Below, piece by piece: positions 1 through 15,239 of a DNA stretch of 64,000 nucleotides; within the stretch, counting starts at the first letter, position 1, and every line of letters starts with the position of its first letter. The stretch is from Felis catus (lineage: Eukaryota): assembly GCF_018350175.1 (NCBI RefSeq), contig NC_058382.1, forward strand, positions 49,540,001 to 49,604,000. The letters run 5' to 3'. Both the position numbers and the translations under genes were made by a program. The notes below the pieces were generated by a model, which saw only the letters and a list, made by a program, of their open reading frames with translations, was not told where the DNA came from and made no database searches.

Positions 1-229
1 CGTCGCCTTTCAGGGGGTGTGGAGTTTCAGCCGTGCCAGATGAAGAAGCTCTGGGGAGCTGGTGCCTCCAGTTAGCAACAGTGTAGTGCACACTTGAAAG
101 TCTGTTAAGAGGGTAGATCTTGTGGTAAGTGTTCTTACCATCCAAAAGGGAGAAAAAGAAAACCCCTTACCCGTAAAAAAGCCACTCCCCGTCCCCTCCT
201 GCCCCAGCCCCTGATCTGCTTTGTGTCCA

Positions 230-480
230 CATTGGCCTGTCGTGCACATTTCATATAATGGAATCGTTCAGTAGGTGACTTTTTGTGTCTGGCTTCTCAG
301 CACGGTGTTTTTGCAGTCTGTCCACATTGTGGCCCACCTTGGTTCTTTGCTCCTTTTCATGGCTGAGTAATATTCCATAGTGTAGATGGCCCACGTCTGT
401 TTATCCACTGACCAGTTGGGCGGGGGGGGGGGGGGGGGGGGATATGGGCTGATTCCACCTGTTGGCTGTTGTGCACTCAC
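230..480 (-). mobile_element. Old L1 (L1M-type) 3' fragment
   Basis: 'catttcatataatggaatc...ggctgagtaatattccatagtgtagatg' is typical antisense L1M 3' sequence. Confidence 0.6.
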
Positions 481-906
481 GAGTAGTTGCTGAGCACCTG
501 TCTCTTCCGTTCCCTCTTGCCTCGTACCCGTCACCATGCTTTTCCAAACCAGAACTCCATGCGGCCCCTGGTCTGTGTGTCTGTCTGGGGGATGCTCCGT
601 TCAGGGAAATAGTTTGCCTCTGCTACGTGCCTGTCCCCCTCCCAGCCCTTTTCAGCCTTCATCCTCTGGCCCCTCGTTTGGTGATTAATCCCATTTGTCT
701 TCAGATAATTCATGTGCCGTGTGCGTGTCTTGTCTCTGCAGTACCTTCAGGTCAAGGTACCCTTGGTCTTCTGTGTTGCCCACAGAGCCTTGCCCACTTC
801 AGGGGACCCAGGCGGTCCCAACCAGCTCCTAGACCCCTGCCTGCCTTGCACCACCTATCTGCTGGCGACTGACCCTCTCCCACTCTCCTCTGTCCTCCCT
901 TTGCAG

Positions 907-1012
907 ATGACGTGCTGACTAAAGACGCGGGTGAGTGTGTGATCTGCCTGGAGGAGCTGCTTCAGGGGGACACGATAGCCAGGCTGCCCTGCCTGTGCAT
1001 TTATCACAAAAG
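907..1012 (+). CDS. ZNRF1: ZNRF1 penultimate coding exon (106 nt)
   Basis: Pyrimidine tract + ttgcag acceptor (905-906); donor AAG|gtacga; encodes DVLTKDAGECVICLEELLQGDTIARLPCLCIYHK. Confidence 0.95.
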
Positions 1013-2721
1013 GTACGAAAGGGTTGGCAGGGCCAGCTCAGCCCCATCCGAGACCCCAGAGGGCTCCTTCTGTGCAGGTGGGGGAGAGAAGGACGGACCC
1101 TCAGCACTAGCCATTCTGTCCCCTTTGGTTGCGGGATGACCTCTCCTCCCTGCCAAGGGCTCTGAGAGGGGTCGAAGCAGAGGCCCGCAGATAGAAGGTC
1201 TGAACATGCCAAGTGTAGGGCAGAGCAGGTCTCTGGTCTGATGGCCTGGAAGGTGGGGACTGACGGGGAGACCCGTGGAGCCCCACAGGTTGGAGGCACT
1301 TAGGACCCCACCTGGAAGGTTGATTCGCCATCCGTCTCCTTGAGCCTTATCTTCCTCCGCGGGCCCCTCTCCTCCACGGTGCGAGGACCGTCATCTGTGC
1401 CAGAGAGGCAACAGGGAGGGGTGTGCGAGCCGCCCCTGCACCCGCCCCTTCTCCCCAGAGGGCCAGAGGCAGGAATAGCCACTACCTGTGGGGCCATGGC
1501 ACTGAAAGCTGCTATAATTAGCGGGGCTGAGATTTGTCCTCAGGCTCCAGTATGAGCCTCGTTCTTGTTCCCAGCTGGAAAGAAGACACCTCCTTACCCA
1601 AGACAGGAGGACGCTCTGTGCCATCTGCTCTCGGCTCCTTGAGTCCCAGAGCTTCTCCTGACACGCGGGCTTTTCCGAAGCCCGATTCACAGGGCTGTTG
1701 ACCACGAGGTGGTTGTGGCGCCTGGTACCCAGACGTGGCCGGTTTATGAGAGGCTCCAGGTCGGGGTGGGGTGAGGGGGTGCTCTTGGCCTGGGCCCAGC
1801 GCAGATTGCTCCAGTGTCCCCAGAAGGCACCACTCAGAACCAGAAGATAGAAATCTTTGGCTCTGGGGGAGAACGACGCAAATTATCTACCTGGTTCCTG
1901 TCTTTGAAAATTACCCTATGTTGGTACATAAGTCAGAAAGCTGTTTTGGGCAATCTCTGTTACCTGTCTGGTTCCAATGGTCCTTTCTGTGAACATTGGA
2001 CACCAGGGTTTCACTGTTAGCCTCCTGTCTGGCCCTCCCCAGCAGTGTCCCTAAGCTGGAGGGCTGGGCCTCCCCTTCCCACTTCTCTGGAACAGGCTCC
2101 CTGCCGTGTGCCCACCACAGCTGACCAAGCTCCGTAGAGCCTGGGGATCTCCTGAAGGTCCCACCAGGGAGGGAGCCTCAGGCTGTCCCTTTGATGGAAG
2201 AAGGGGTTCCCGGGACCCCAGTGCCCAGAGCAACGGCCAGCCTGCCGGGTCTTGGTTTCCATCTGCTTGTGCTTTAAGCCCGAGAGATGGTGGGCTCACT
2301 GCCCTGCCTGGCCCTCCAGCTCTCACCTTCCCCCTGGTAGCTGTTGCCTCTCTCGGGCCTCCATGTAGCGAGGCCTTGGTCCCTCTCAGGGCCACACTCG
2401 CCGTTTCCTGCCAGCACCCAGATCCACCCGATCCTGTACCCATCGTGCCGGGCTGATGCCTCGGGCTGAGCCAAGATCCGTCCTGGTTCTCTCCCTCCTG
2501 CTTCAAAAAGTGGGTGTATGGGGACACGCTTGTTTTTCCCTGAGGCGCGAGCAAGTGAGATTTAGCAAACTCCTGATCAGAAGCCTGACCCTTGGAGAGC
2601 GCCCCGTAAGGAGTGGCTTGGTCCACGGGTAACATGTCTCCCCTTGCCACCTCCCTGCCTCAGTTGCATAGATTCGTGGTTTGAAGTGAACAGATCTTGT
2701 CCAGAACATCCTGCGGACTGA
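907..2721 (+). CDS. ZNRF1: E3 ubiquitin ligase ZNRF1, last two coding exons (RING domain); 5' exons lie upstream of the window
   Basis: Exons 907-1012 and 2664-2721 have canonical AG/GT boundaries and splice to (D)DVLTKDAGECVICLEELLQGDTIARLPCLCIYHKSCIDSWFEVNRSCPEHPAD*, the ZNRF1 C-terminal RING. Synteny with LDHD and ZFP1 supports the call. Confidence 0.95.
2664..2721 (+). CDS. ZNRF1: ZNRF1 last coding exon (exon continues as UTR to 2755)
   Basis: cctcag acceptor; encodes CIDSWFEVNRSCPEHPAD, TGA at 2719-2721; donor AAG|gtgagc at 2755/2756. Confidence 0.93.
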
Positions 2722-3946
2722 CCCTGCTGGGCTCGCTTGCTGACTCCTCTCAAAGGTGAGCCTGTGGTTGGGGGTGCTCTGGGCTCAAGGCCGAGGCTCG
2801 AGTCACTCTGGGGCCTGGAGGTAGGGGAGCATCTCGTCAGTGGTTCTGTGGGGGGAGGTGATTCTCCAGGAAGGACAGGAAGTACAAACTCCCATGGTTA
2901 TGAAGGGGAGCTTCAGCAGAACTAGGTTCTTTGGGAAGAGGCCAGTGTGTGCAGACATCTAGAGTGAATCTCCTTGAGGAAGGTTCAGAAAGACCCCCTC
3001 GGAAGGTGCCGGGTGGGAGGGGACCGACACTGGGTTCTCACCAGCCCCGCCTTGTGCGTGAGGGGTGGCCCGAGTCAGCCTGCGTCTCGGGGTCTCTGCC
3101 TCTTCGGGGACAGGAGTGGACATCAGACTTACTAAACAAGGCACCCTGTGGGACAGTGCCCTGTCCTCTGTGGTGCTCATCAGTGATCACCTTAACCGCT
3201 GCTCTTCTGCCCGCAGGCCACCTCCCTCACGCTCACACACGCACACTGTGCCGCTCACACACAGCCACACTCACACATACTCACACCCACATACTCTCGC
3301 CTACCCTCACTCACTCATCAGCTTCCAGATGAATCAGCCACAGCAGGCCAGCACGACTACCTTTCCCTCCAGATGTGCACACGTGGTCCCCTGTATAACC
3401 GTCCAGTCTGACTGTCCCTTTCTTCCCCAGGGCACCTTGCTTTTCTGCTGACCATCCTCGCCCGTCCCCCATCCCACCTGTCCCTTGCGAGTCCTGGGCT
3501 AGCACTTTCTTTTTTTCTGGCAAACAGACAAAAACCCCAGGGAAACCAAAACCCTGACTCCACCTCATCTCCCATCCAAAGGTGTTGGGGCCTCTTTTCT
3601 TCTCTCTCTCTCCCTTGTTTTTGTTTGTTTTGTCTTCCTTTGTTCTTCATTAGGTTTATTTTATTTATTCCAAGTAAACTCCCAGAACAGCTGATGATGT
3701 CAGACAAATCAGGGACATTTGCTCTTTTTACCTTCCCCTCAAAAACTGAGGACACGGGGAGAAGAAAAAGCAAGGGTGAGAGTGAGGCAGAGGGACTGGG
3801 CCGGCGCCGGAGCGGGAGTCCAAATCCCGGCATGACTTCTGGCTTCGGGCCCCGGAGCGGAACCACAGACGCCCGGCCAGCCTCGGCAGGATGCACGCGG
3901 CCGGCCTCGCCGACACGGCGCGACTTACGTGTTACGATCCACACAG

Positions 3947-4955
3947 GGACCGGCCAGCCCCCGTTCCCGAGAGGAGGCATCGGACACGGGCAGAGCTGAG
4001 CTGGGGACACCAGTGGGAACAGGGCACCCCTTCTGCACTGACTTCCAGAGAATGGTTCTCCCTTTCTCCCTGAGGACACCAAATGGATGAGAGCGAGTTT
4101 GAGAGAAGAAAGAATCAACCGCCATCCTTCCCCTCACCCCTCATCCCAGGAGGGAAAGGGCATTTTCTTTTTCACCTTTGAAAGGCGTTGTGGGTCTGTC
4201 TAAAGTGTTTACAAAAAAAAAAAAAAAATTATAAAAAAAAAAGTCTAGTGTCGACTGGTGTTTTCCCTCGTGATGTTTACAGATTGCTGTCTGCTGCCCA
4301 GCTAGAACCCACTCAGTGACAGAACCGAGCAGGGCCACACGCCCCGATGGCCCAGGAGCAGGCACACGTGGCCTCCTCCCATGCCCGGCGCCCCCAACGG
4401 CCCTCTCCATCACCAACCACTCTGCCTTGGGTATTTTGGGGTTTTTTTTTTTCCTCCATTCTTCTGGCTTGGTTTTGCACATTTCTCCCCCAGGACCCTG
4501 ATATGTAACTTTATTGCCAAAAAAAACAACCCGTCAAGGACCTACTCCTCTCCTTTTCCTTTTCTTCTTCCTCCCTCCCCTCCTGGTTCTGGTCAGTTAA
4601 GAGGATTTAACAATCACAAGTGTCCTGCAAAAATGCCTGAACATTTTTCTTAGACCCTTGTGGATTTTTTTTTTCCAGAAAACTTAAACAGACAAAAGAC
4701 TTATTAAAGGAGTATGTACAGTTACCCCTGTTTTCAGGCACTCTGTTTGAGAACATTTTAGCCATTGATGTTCACACGTGGCATCAGCCCATGCAAGATA
4801 GGTTTCTGTATTTATATATTAAAATACAAAAAAAAAAAACCTTATAAAATGTTTAAAAAAAATGTTCAAAGCTTGGAGAAAAAGCTTTCTTCATTAGTCA
4901 AGGTGTTTTGATATGGTATTAAAATGTCTAATAAAAGATGCACTGTGTGACTTTA
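3947..4955 (+). other. ZNRF1: ZNRF1 non-coding terminal exon (3'UTR) up to the proximal poly(A) site; may extend further
   Basis: acacag acceptor at 3941-3946; resembles the human ZNRF1 3'UTR as recalled; ATTAAA 4918-4923 and AATAAA 4930-4935 followed by a GU/U-rich stretch. Confidence 0.7.
4930..4935 (+). terminator. Polyadenylation signal AATAAA (ZNRF1)
   Basis: AATAAA with downstream tgtgtgactttatttt GU/U-rich element. Confidence 0.65.
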
Positions 4956-7328
4956 TTTTACTGAGGTAATTGTTACACGACCAGGAAATGGGGCTTGAAG
5001 GCCTGTCCCCCGCTCCCTCACCTACATCCTTAGCAACTTCCTCCAGGCTTGGCGCTGCTGGCGTGTGAAGTGGTCCTCAGAGCAGTCATGCCTGGGCAGG
5101 GGGACCTGGCAGGTCACACCCGAGTCCTTCAGATTTACTGACCCTCCCAAGCATCATGGAGTCCGTCTGCCATCACCTGTGGCGTGGCTGTGACAGAACT
5201 CTTCAGGAAGGATCTGCGGGGGCAGAGATCGCGCAGCCAGCGGAGGCTGCAAGGATGCGGATTCCTCCAGGTATTGGCCCAGTCCCCTCACTCCCCCACC
5301 CCCACCCCTGCCTTCCTTCATCCTCCGCTCCCCATCCCACGTCCCGTCCTGCCCTGCCTGTTGCTCAGTCTACATCTCAGTGCTGACTCATGGGCATGCT
5401 TCATTGAGGCCCAGAAAGAGGCCCTGTTTGGGGCCGAGCCAGCTCAGAGCCCTTGAACTGGAACCAGCCACTCAGGGCTCACAAGAGTTGGCACACCTAA
5501 AGCCGGGCGGGAAGCTCAGGGCAGGGGGAGTGGCGCATGCCCAGCCTCTGTCCCCGGGCCAGACCAGCTCCTGGAGCAGCATTCCGGAGCCTCCTGCAGA
5601 GCCTGTGAAGGAAAACTCCAGAGGGAGATGCCTCAAGCTTCTCTGCTCCAACCCCTCCTCGGGCCCCTCTTGTGCTCGGCGGGCTGTCCAACATCTGTCA
5701 GATGCTTCCTAAAGCACCTACTCTGGGCAGGGGCCTTGCGGGCCAGGGGGCAAACATGAACTGGGGCACAGGCACGCTCAGCACATTCAGAAACGCCGAA
5801 GAAGACCTTGTGGGTCTGAGCCTGGGCCTTAGCATCATGGTGGGGACCCCGGGGACCGACCGTCGCTACGGTGACAAGAACATGAGCTCTAAACGGTCTG
5901 CATGTGGGCTCCTCTGTTGGGCAGAATGATCTCAGAGAAACAACTTTGTTCTTCTGAACTTCAGTTTCAATCACATGTGAGTGGGGACAGTCACACAGCT
6001 GGGAGGTGACCGTGAGGGTCAGAGAATGTGCCCGGAAGCCCCTGGCACATGCGTAGCAGGCTCCCTCATAGCTCTGTCATCGCAGAGAGCACTGTTCTCT
6101 TCACAGCACCTCCCGCTTCTGCCTGGCAACTGTGTCTCCCTGTTCTAAATTTAATTCCTCCAGCAAAGCCGGCCCCGAAGATCTCCTTGCCTGACCCCTG
6201 GGCCTGTAGGCAGAGTCCTTTATGACCACCTTGGTGGCTCGGCCCTGGGTGAGCCAAACGGTCGGTCGTGACCCAGTGGGGCAGGCTGGAGCCCACGCCG
6301 GGCGGGCCCTATTCCAGGCTCCCGGGGCTGGTGCCTGTCCCCACCCCCCAGTGACTTCCACTCCCACCCGGCACATGGCAGCCCTCTGCTGGCTGCACTG
6401 GCCTCCAGAATTCCCCCGGATTGCAGGCCCCTCGGGCGGGGGTGGAACAGGCTAGTCCCAGCTTCCCAGGTAGGCCTGGTCTCTGTCATGCTGCTTCCAG
6501 GCCACTGTCTCTCTTCCTGGGCGGGCAGGGAGTCAGCTGGAATCTCAAGGTGACTTCCATCCCCCTCTCTCTGCTAAGGGCTCAGCACGCTTGGGAGGGG
6601 GGAGGGGGGCTTCCCGGGCAGTTGCACCTTACTAAGACCATCTAGTAGCCCTTCAACGGTGTTGAGGTTTTTAAGAGAAGGTCCTTATGCTTAGGAGATA
6701 GGTGCTGAATTCTGCAGGTAAATGGTGCCAAGAAGTGTGTAACTCCACTCCAGATGGCTCTCCAGAAAGTACACACACAAAGAAAATAAGGCAAAAATAG
6801 TCACTTGAATCTTCAGGGGCTGGTATTTCAGTGAACAGTGTGTTTGTTCTTTCATCAAAGTAGATCTCTGCCCAGTAAGGGGAGAAGCCTCCATTGCAGG
6901 CTTCTCCCCTGGGCTTGGGGGTGAGGCAGTCCATTTGCAGGGCGGGGGGGTGGGGGTGGGGGTGGGTACTAGAGAACTGTTTATCCAGAACGCATGCAGC
7001 TAAACTTAGGTAGTTCCTGTACCGGGGTGGTTTGGGGAGAGGCAATGAGGCTTGCCCCCACACCAGCCCTCGGCACAGTGCTCACAGCCCAGGGCTAGAA
7101 ATGTCACGGAGGAGCAAATGGGGCTCAGTCCAGTGAGGAGGGGCTTCTGAGAATCATGCTGGGCCGAGGAGTCCCAGAAGGGCGGCCTCTGCTCAGAGCC
7201 TAGACAGCTGATGGGGAAAGGTGGGAGGGGCCTGTGGAGTGGAGGCAGGGAAGGAGCTCAGTGATGGCTCAGGAGAGTAGGGGTGAGGTGAGATGGAGAG
7301 TCCCACTGGTTTCGCTGCTTTGCTCATC

Positions 7329-7334
7329 TTTATT
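7329..7334 (-). terminator. Polyadenylation signal AATAAA (LDHD)
   Basis: TTTATT on the + strand, about 1 kb downstream of the LDHD stop codon. Confidence 0.55.
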
Positions 7335-8291
7335 CAGAGGCCAAGTCCAAGGGGGTGAGGGAGATGGGCCCACATGATAGGCTCCTGGGATGGGATTTAG
7401 AGATTGGCTTCTGGGACACCAAGCCTCCCCCCACCTCAACCTGGGGAAGTAGGGGTACCCAGGGCAGAGAGCTGTAGGCCCTGGACAGGGGAGTCCTGGG
7501 TGCCTCTGCCCAGAGCAGATGCCATGGTGGTGGGCGCCCTCTTGTGGGCTTGGGAACAACTGAAGTACACGGACTGAGTGGTCTCACCAGGAATCCCCAG
7601 GGTGGGCAGATCTGACTTTGGGGGTGGGGGGAAGCTAGTAATGTAATACACCACACCATAGAGAAGTATAATACAAGCAGAATAATTTCACTTCCATTTC
7701 CATTGATTGGCAACAGCCGCTTGAAGAACATGTTCAGAATGTTCTTGGGCCCGGTCCAGGCTCATGGTGACCATGGGCAAATCCTCGGGCTCTCAGCTTC
7801 TCACAAACAGCAGTTGGGACAGGGACCTGGGTCCCTGAAGGCAACCTTCTGTAGCCTAAGCACCATCCCCTCCCCAGGCTGCAGTAAGTCCAAGGACAGG
7901 CCCAGAATGAGGGCTGAGGATATCACTGGCCACAGGACAGAGAACCTGACGGGGGTGGGAGGGAGGCGGGCACAGGAGGCCATGCATAGGGGCTGCCTGC
8001 TCATCTCCACACTGCTGCAAATGGGGCTCTGGTTTGCTTTAGGGGCCCAGGGAAGCCTATCAACGTAGAGTGGGGGATCCCTTCCCACGCCAGGAAAGGA
8101 GTGTTCCTGTCACCAGGCACGTGGAGTCAGGCTAAGGGAGCTGGCCCCCAGCAGCAGCGAGGCTCAGACCAAGGGGAAGGCAGGCAAGCCCCCTGCAGTT
8201 CTGGGCGGAGGCGGAACTGTTCTGTGGCAAGAAGAAAGGTTCCAGAACAGGAGGTTCCACTGTCTGGGGGCTTGTGGGCCAAGTGCTTTCA

Positions 8292-12259
<3,968 letters not shown>

Positions 12260-12299
12260 AGCTGGGCAGCAGCCGGAGGGGCGTGGGCACTGAGGCCAC

Positions 12300-12420
12300 C
12301 CCAGCGCCCAGCGCATTGGCTGTGCAGGGGGCGGGGGCGGGGGGCGGGGGGGGGGGAGGGGGACTGCTTAAGGTGATCCGGCCTTAAGGTGGCCCTGCCA
12401 GACCTTGCTGAGTCAGGTGT
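12300..12420 (-). promoter_or_regulatory. LDHD proximal promoter (CCAAT box, tandem GC boxes, ARE/AP-1 site)
   Basis: ATTGG 12315-12319; repeated GGGGCGGGG at ~12327-12350; TGCTGAGTCA 12406-12415; all immediately 5' of the ATG. Confidence 0.7.
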
Positions 12421-13464
12421 GGCAGCGGGCACATATCAGTACTTCCAAAGGAGAGGTGAGGCTTAGCTAACACACAGCAGGAGAGGATAGCAACCTCTCT
12501 CTGGCTTAAAGCTCTGCTGTGGCTTCCCTTGGGCTTTCCAACAAAGGCAGACCGCTTGCCATGGCCTTAAAGGTCTTGCTGGTTCCCGCTGCTGACCTCT
12601 TCATCTTTCCACTTCTTTCCAGTCTCTTCTTTGGCCTCTGAGTTCCAGCTTCCGTTAGGGTTCCTATATCCCCTGAGCTCCGCTGACTCAGCTCAGGGCC
12701 TTGACACACACCCTCCCTCTCCCTTACCCTGCAAGTCGGGAAGTCTCAGCCAGTGTCACAGTTAGAGGAGGCTTTGAGCAGGGCGGTGAGGAGGGAAGTG
12801 CAGGGAGACCCTTCAGGAATGGGGAGGGCATGGAATAGGGCAGTGAGTCAAGCCAGGAAGCCTCCCTGGAAGAGAAGAGCTAAGGACTCACCAGCTAAGT
12901 GAAGGAAGAGACAGCTGTCCTTTCATCTCCAGCCTCCCACTGGGTGGATTTCCTAACCATCCTGCAGTGATGTGGCTGCTTCTCTTGAAGCTCTTCCAAG
13001 CTCAGTTTTCCTTCCACAGCAAATTTGGAGAAGCATGTTGCTAACATTACTAAGATAAAGCTATTTCCAGCTTTGTTTTTCTTCTCAATTGAATCATGAA
13101 TACAAACTCCTACTTGGGTCCTTCTACCCAGCCACGTTTGAATGAAATCGCATTTCCACTCTCAATGTGCTGCTTAACTGGCTTGTCTCAAAAAAAAAAA
13201 AAAAATGTCTCTTTTACAGTTAGTTAGTTCAAATCAAGATCCAGTGAAAATCCACACAATGTGTTTGGTTAATATGGCTCTTAAGTGTCTTTTAATCTCC
13301 AGCATTTTCCCACCACCCCCGCCCTTTATTCCATGACATTTATTTGTTAAGGAAACTGGGTCACCTGTTCTGTAGAATTTTCCACATTCTGTATTTGGAT
13401 GATTGCATCCATGTGGTATTGTTTATTTCTCTAGTCTCTGTATTTCATGTAAGTTGTTAGATCC

Positions 13465-13555
13465 AGACGTGGTGCTCTCCAGTACAACTTTCTGTGCTAC
13501 GGAAATGTTCTATATCTATGCTTCCATTAGCCACACGCAGCTAATGGCACTGGAG
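13465..13555. mobile_element. MER3-like hAT MITE fragment
   Basis: 'ctctccagtacaactttctgtgctacggaaatgttctatatct...tagccacacgcagcta' resembles MER3 as recalled. Confidence 0.45.
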
Positions 13556-13689
13556 GCATTTATGGTTGGAGGAGAGATGCCAGGGAGAGTTTGTAATGAA
13601 CCCTAAGAGAACCACAATGTAGATCCGTAAGGTTTGGGAGCAGGGCCATGACATTTGCAACAGAAAGCAATACACTATTCGGAAAAGTG

Positions 13690-15075
13690 TCCCTGGCCCA
13701 CTACTAGGTCCTGGTTAAGATGGTGGGTGTGGCCATGAGACATCAAGTGGCCATGTGGCCGGCCAGAGCTAGCCATCCTGAGCTTTATTCTATCAGACTC
13801 ACCAAGTCATAAAGTCAGGTGGGTCCGAAACAAGCCATTACTAGACAAAAGGAGAACAGACAAAATTGGGCAGAAGCAGGGCCGGAAGGCAAAGTAAGCT
13901 GTACGGGTAAGTGGCTCAGGTCCCCATGTCGCCCACCATTGCTTGCCTAGCACCTTTTCCTCAGCTCACACCTATGGCCATAATGGGGGACTTTTAGGAC
14001 CAGCCGATAGAAGGGGGAAGAGTTCAAGCTTGATTCGTGAATGGGTTGGTTCAACATGAGGGTGTGAGCCAACATGGACCAGTGCTGCACTACAGCTCCA
14101 CTTAGGGATAACTCTGAAGTCCTCCCATTTGGCAGAGCTCCAGGTCATGCACCTCATCAGCCCCTTTTGTGAAAAGAAAAGTGGCCCAGGAGAAGAATAA
14201 ACTTAGGCTCGTGGACACTGGTGAATGGCTTGGTTGTGTGGTCAAGGGCCTATGCGGAGAAAGATGGGAAAATCAGGGCCTAAGAGATTTGGAGAAGAGG
14301 CATGTAGATGGATCTCTAGGAGTAAGCACAAAGAGCCACACGTCGGGGCGCCTGGGTGGCTCAGTCGGTTGAGCACCTGACTTCAGCTCGGGTCATGATC
14401 TTGCAGTTGAAGAGTTCGGGCCCCATGTCGGGCTCTGTGCTGACAGCTCAGAGCCTGGAGCCTGCTTCAGATTCCGTGTCTCCCTCTCTCTGCCCCTTCC
14501 CTGCTCATGCTCTGCCTGTCTCTGTCTCAAAAATAAATAAACATTTTAAAAAATTAGAAAAAAAAAAAAGAGTCACACATCTATCACCTGTTAACACCCA
14601 CCAGAGTGCATCTGCCGTGGAAAAGACCAAACGAAGTATACAGCATGATTTTGCCAGTTGTCATTGGCCAGCCTCGGTCAGTGACCACACCGGTGCTGGC
14701 ACAATGGCAGTGGGGATAGACGCTACTCATGGATTCACCAGCATGGCACCCACTCACTAAGGCCCATCTGGCTATTGCCGCTGCTAAGTGTTCACCCTAC
14801 TGCAACATTGAATCCCACACAACGTTGAATCTCCCTCAGGGAGACCAGCCGGCCACTTGGTAACAAGCTGATTACATTGGACCTCCTCCACTCTGAAAGG
14901 GGAGCAATTAATTTATCTCAACTGAAATCCACACGACACATACTATGGGTATGGGTTTGCCTCTCCTGCCTGCATGGCCTCAGCCAGCACTATTGTCTGA
15001 AGGCTCACTGAGTGTTTGATCCGCCATCATAGTATATACCACGTAACATCACCTAACGTCAAATAACCCTTTTTT
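13690..15075 (+). mobile_element. Decayed ERVL-class pol (RNase H to integrase) remnant, interrupted by a CanSINE
   Basis: Broken translations such as SDSPSHKV, AEAGPEG, GDQPATW*QADYIGPPP, YGYGFA.PA..ASAST, GLTECLI match ERVL pol motifs; many stops and frameshifts. Confidence 0.7.
14345..14565 (+). mobile_element. CanSINE
   Basis: GGGGCGCCTGGGTGGCTCAGTCGG head, CT-rich body, A tail, TSD aaaagag(c/t)cacac. Confidence 0.9.
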
Positions 15076-15239
15076 TGATGGTCAGGTCAGAGGCCAGTGA
15101 CCTTACAGAGCAATAGGTGGATTGACCTTTGGGAGGTACAACTGAGCCACCATCTTGGAGATGCATCTATTCAACCAGTGCTAGAAGAGGAAGATATTTT
15201 TATATAGCTAACACATAAAAGGGGGGGTGTCAAAATTAT

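Noticed and set aside
418..440. Long poly-G runs (also ~10942-10954 and 59803-59818) as G-quadruplex elements
   Set aside because: Homopolymer lengths are error-prone and nothing else supports function.
1100..7300. Many 60-250 aa ORFs in ZNRF1 introns, 3'UTR and downstream DNA
   Set aside because: GC-rich background, mostly non-ATG starts, no domain similarity or splice support (the 3654 acceptor case is reported separately).
12260..12316. Upstream in-frame ATG adding 19 aa (MRWALGWPQ...) to LDHD
   Set aside because: The ATG overlaps the CCAAT box (CCAATG), has weak Kozak context and probably lies upstream of the transcription start; the 12259 ATG matches the known N-terminus.
14345..14420. 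tRNA-like A/B boxes at SINE heads
   Set aside because: CanSINEs are tRNA-derived; no complete cloverleaf tRNA gene is evident.
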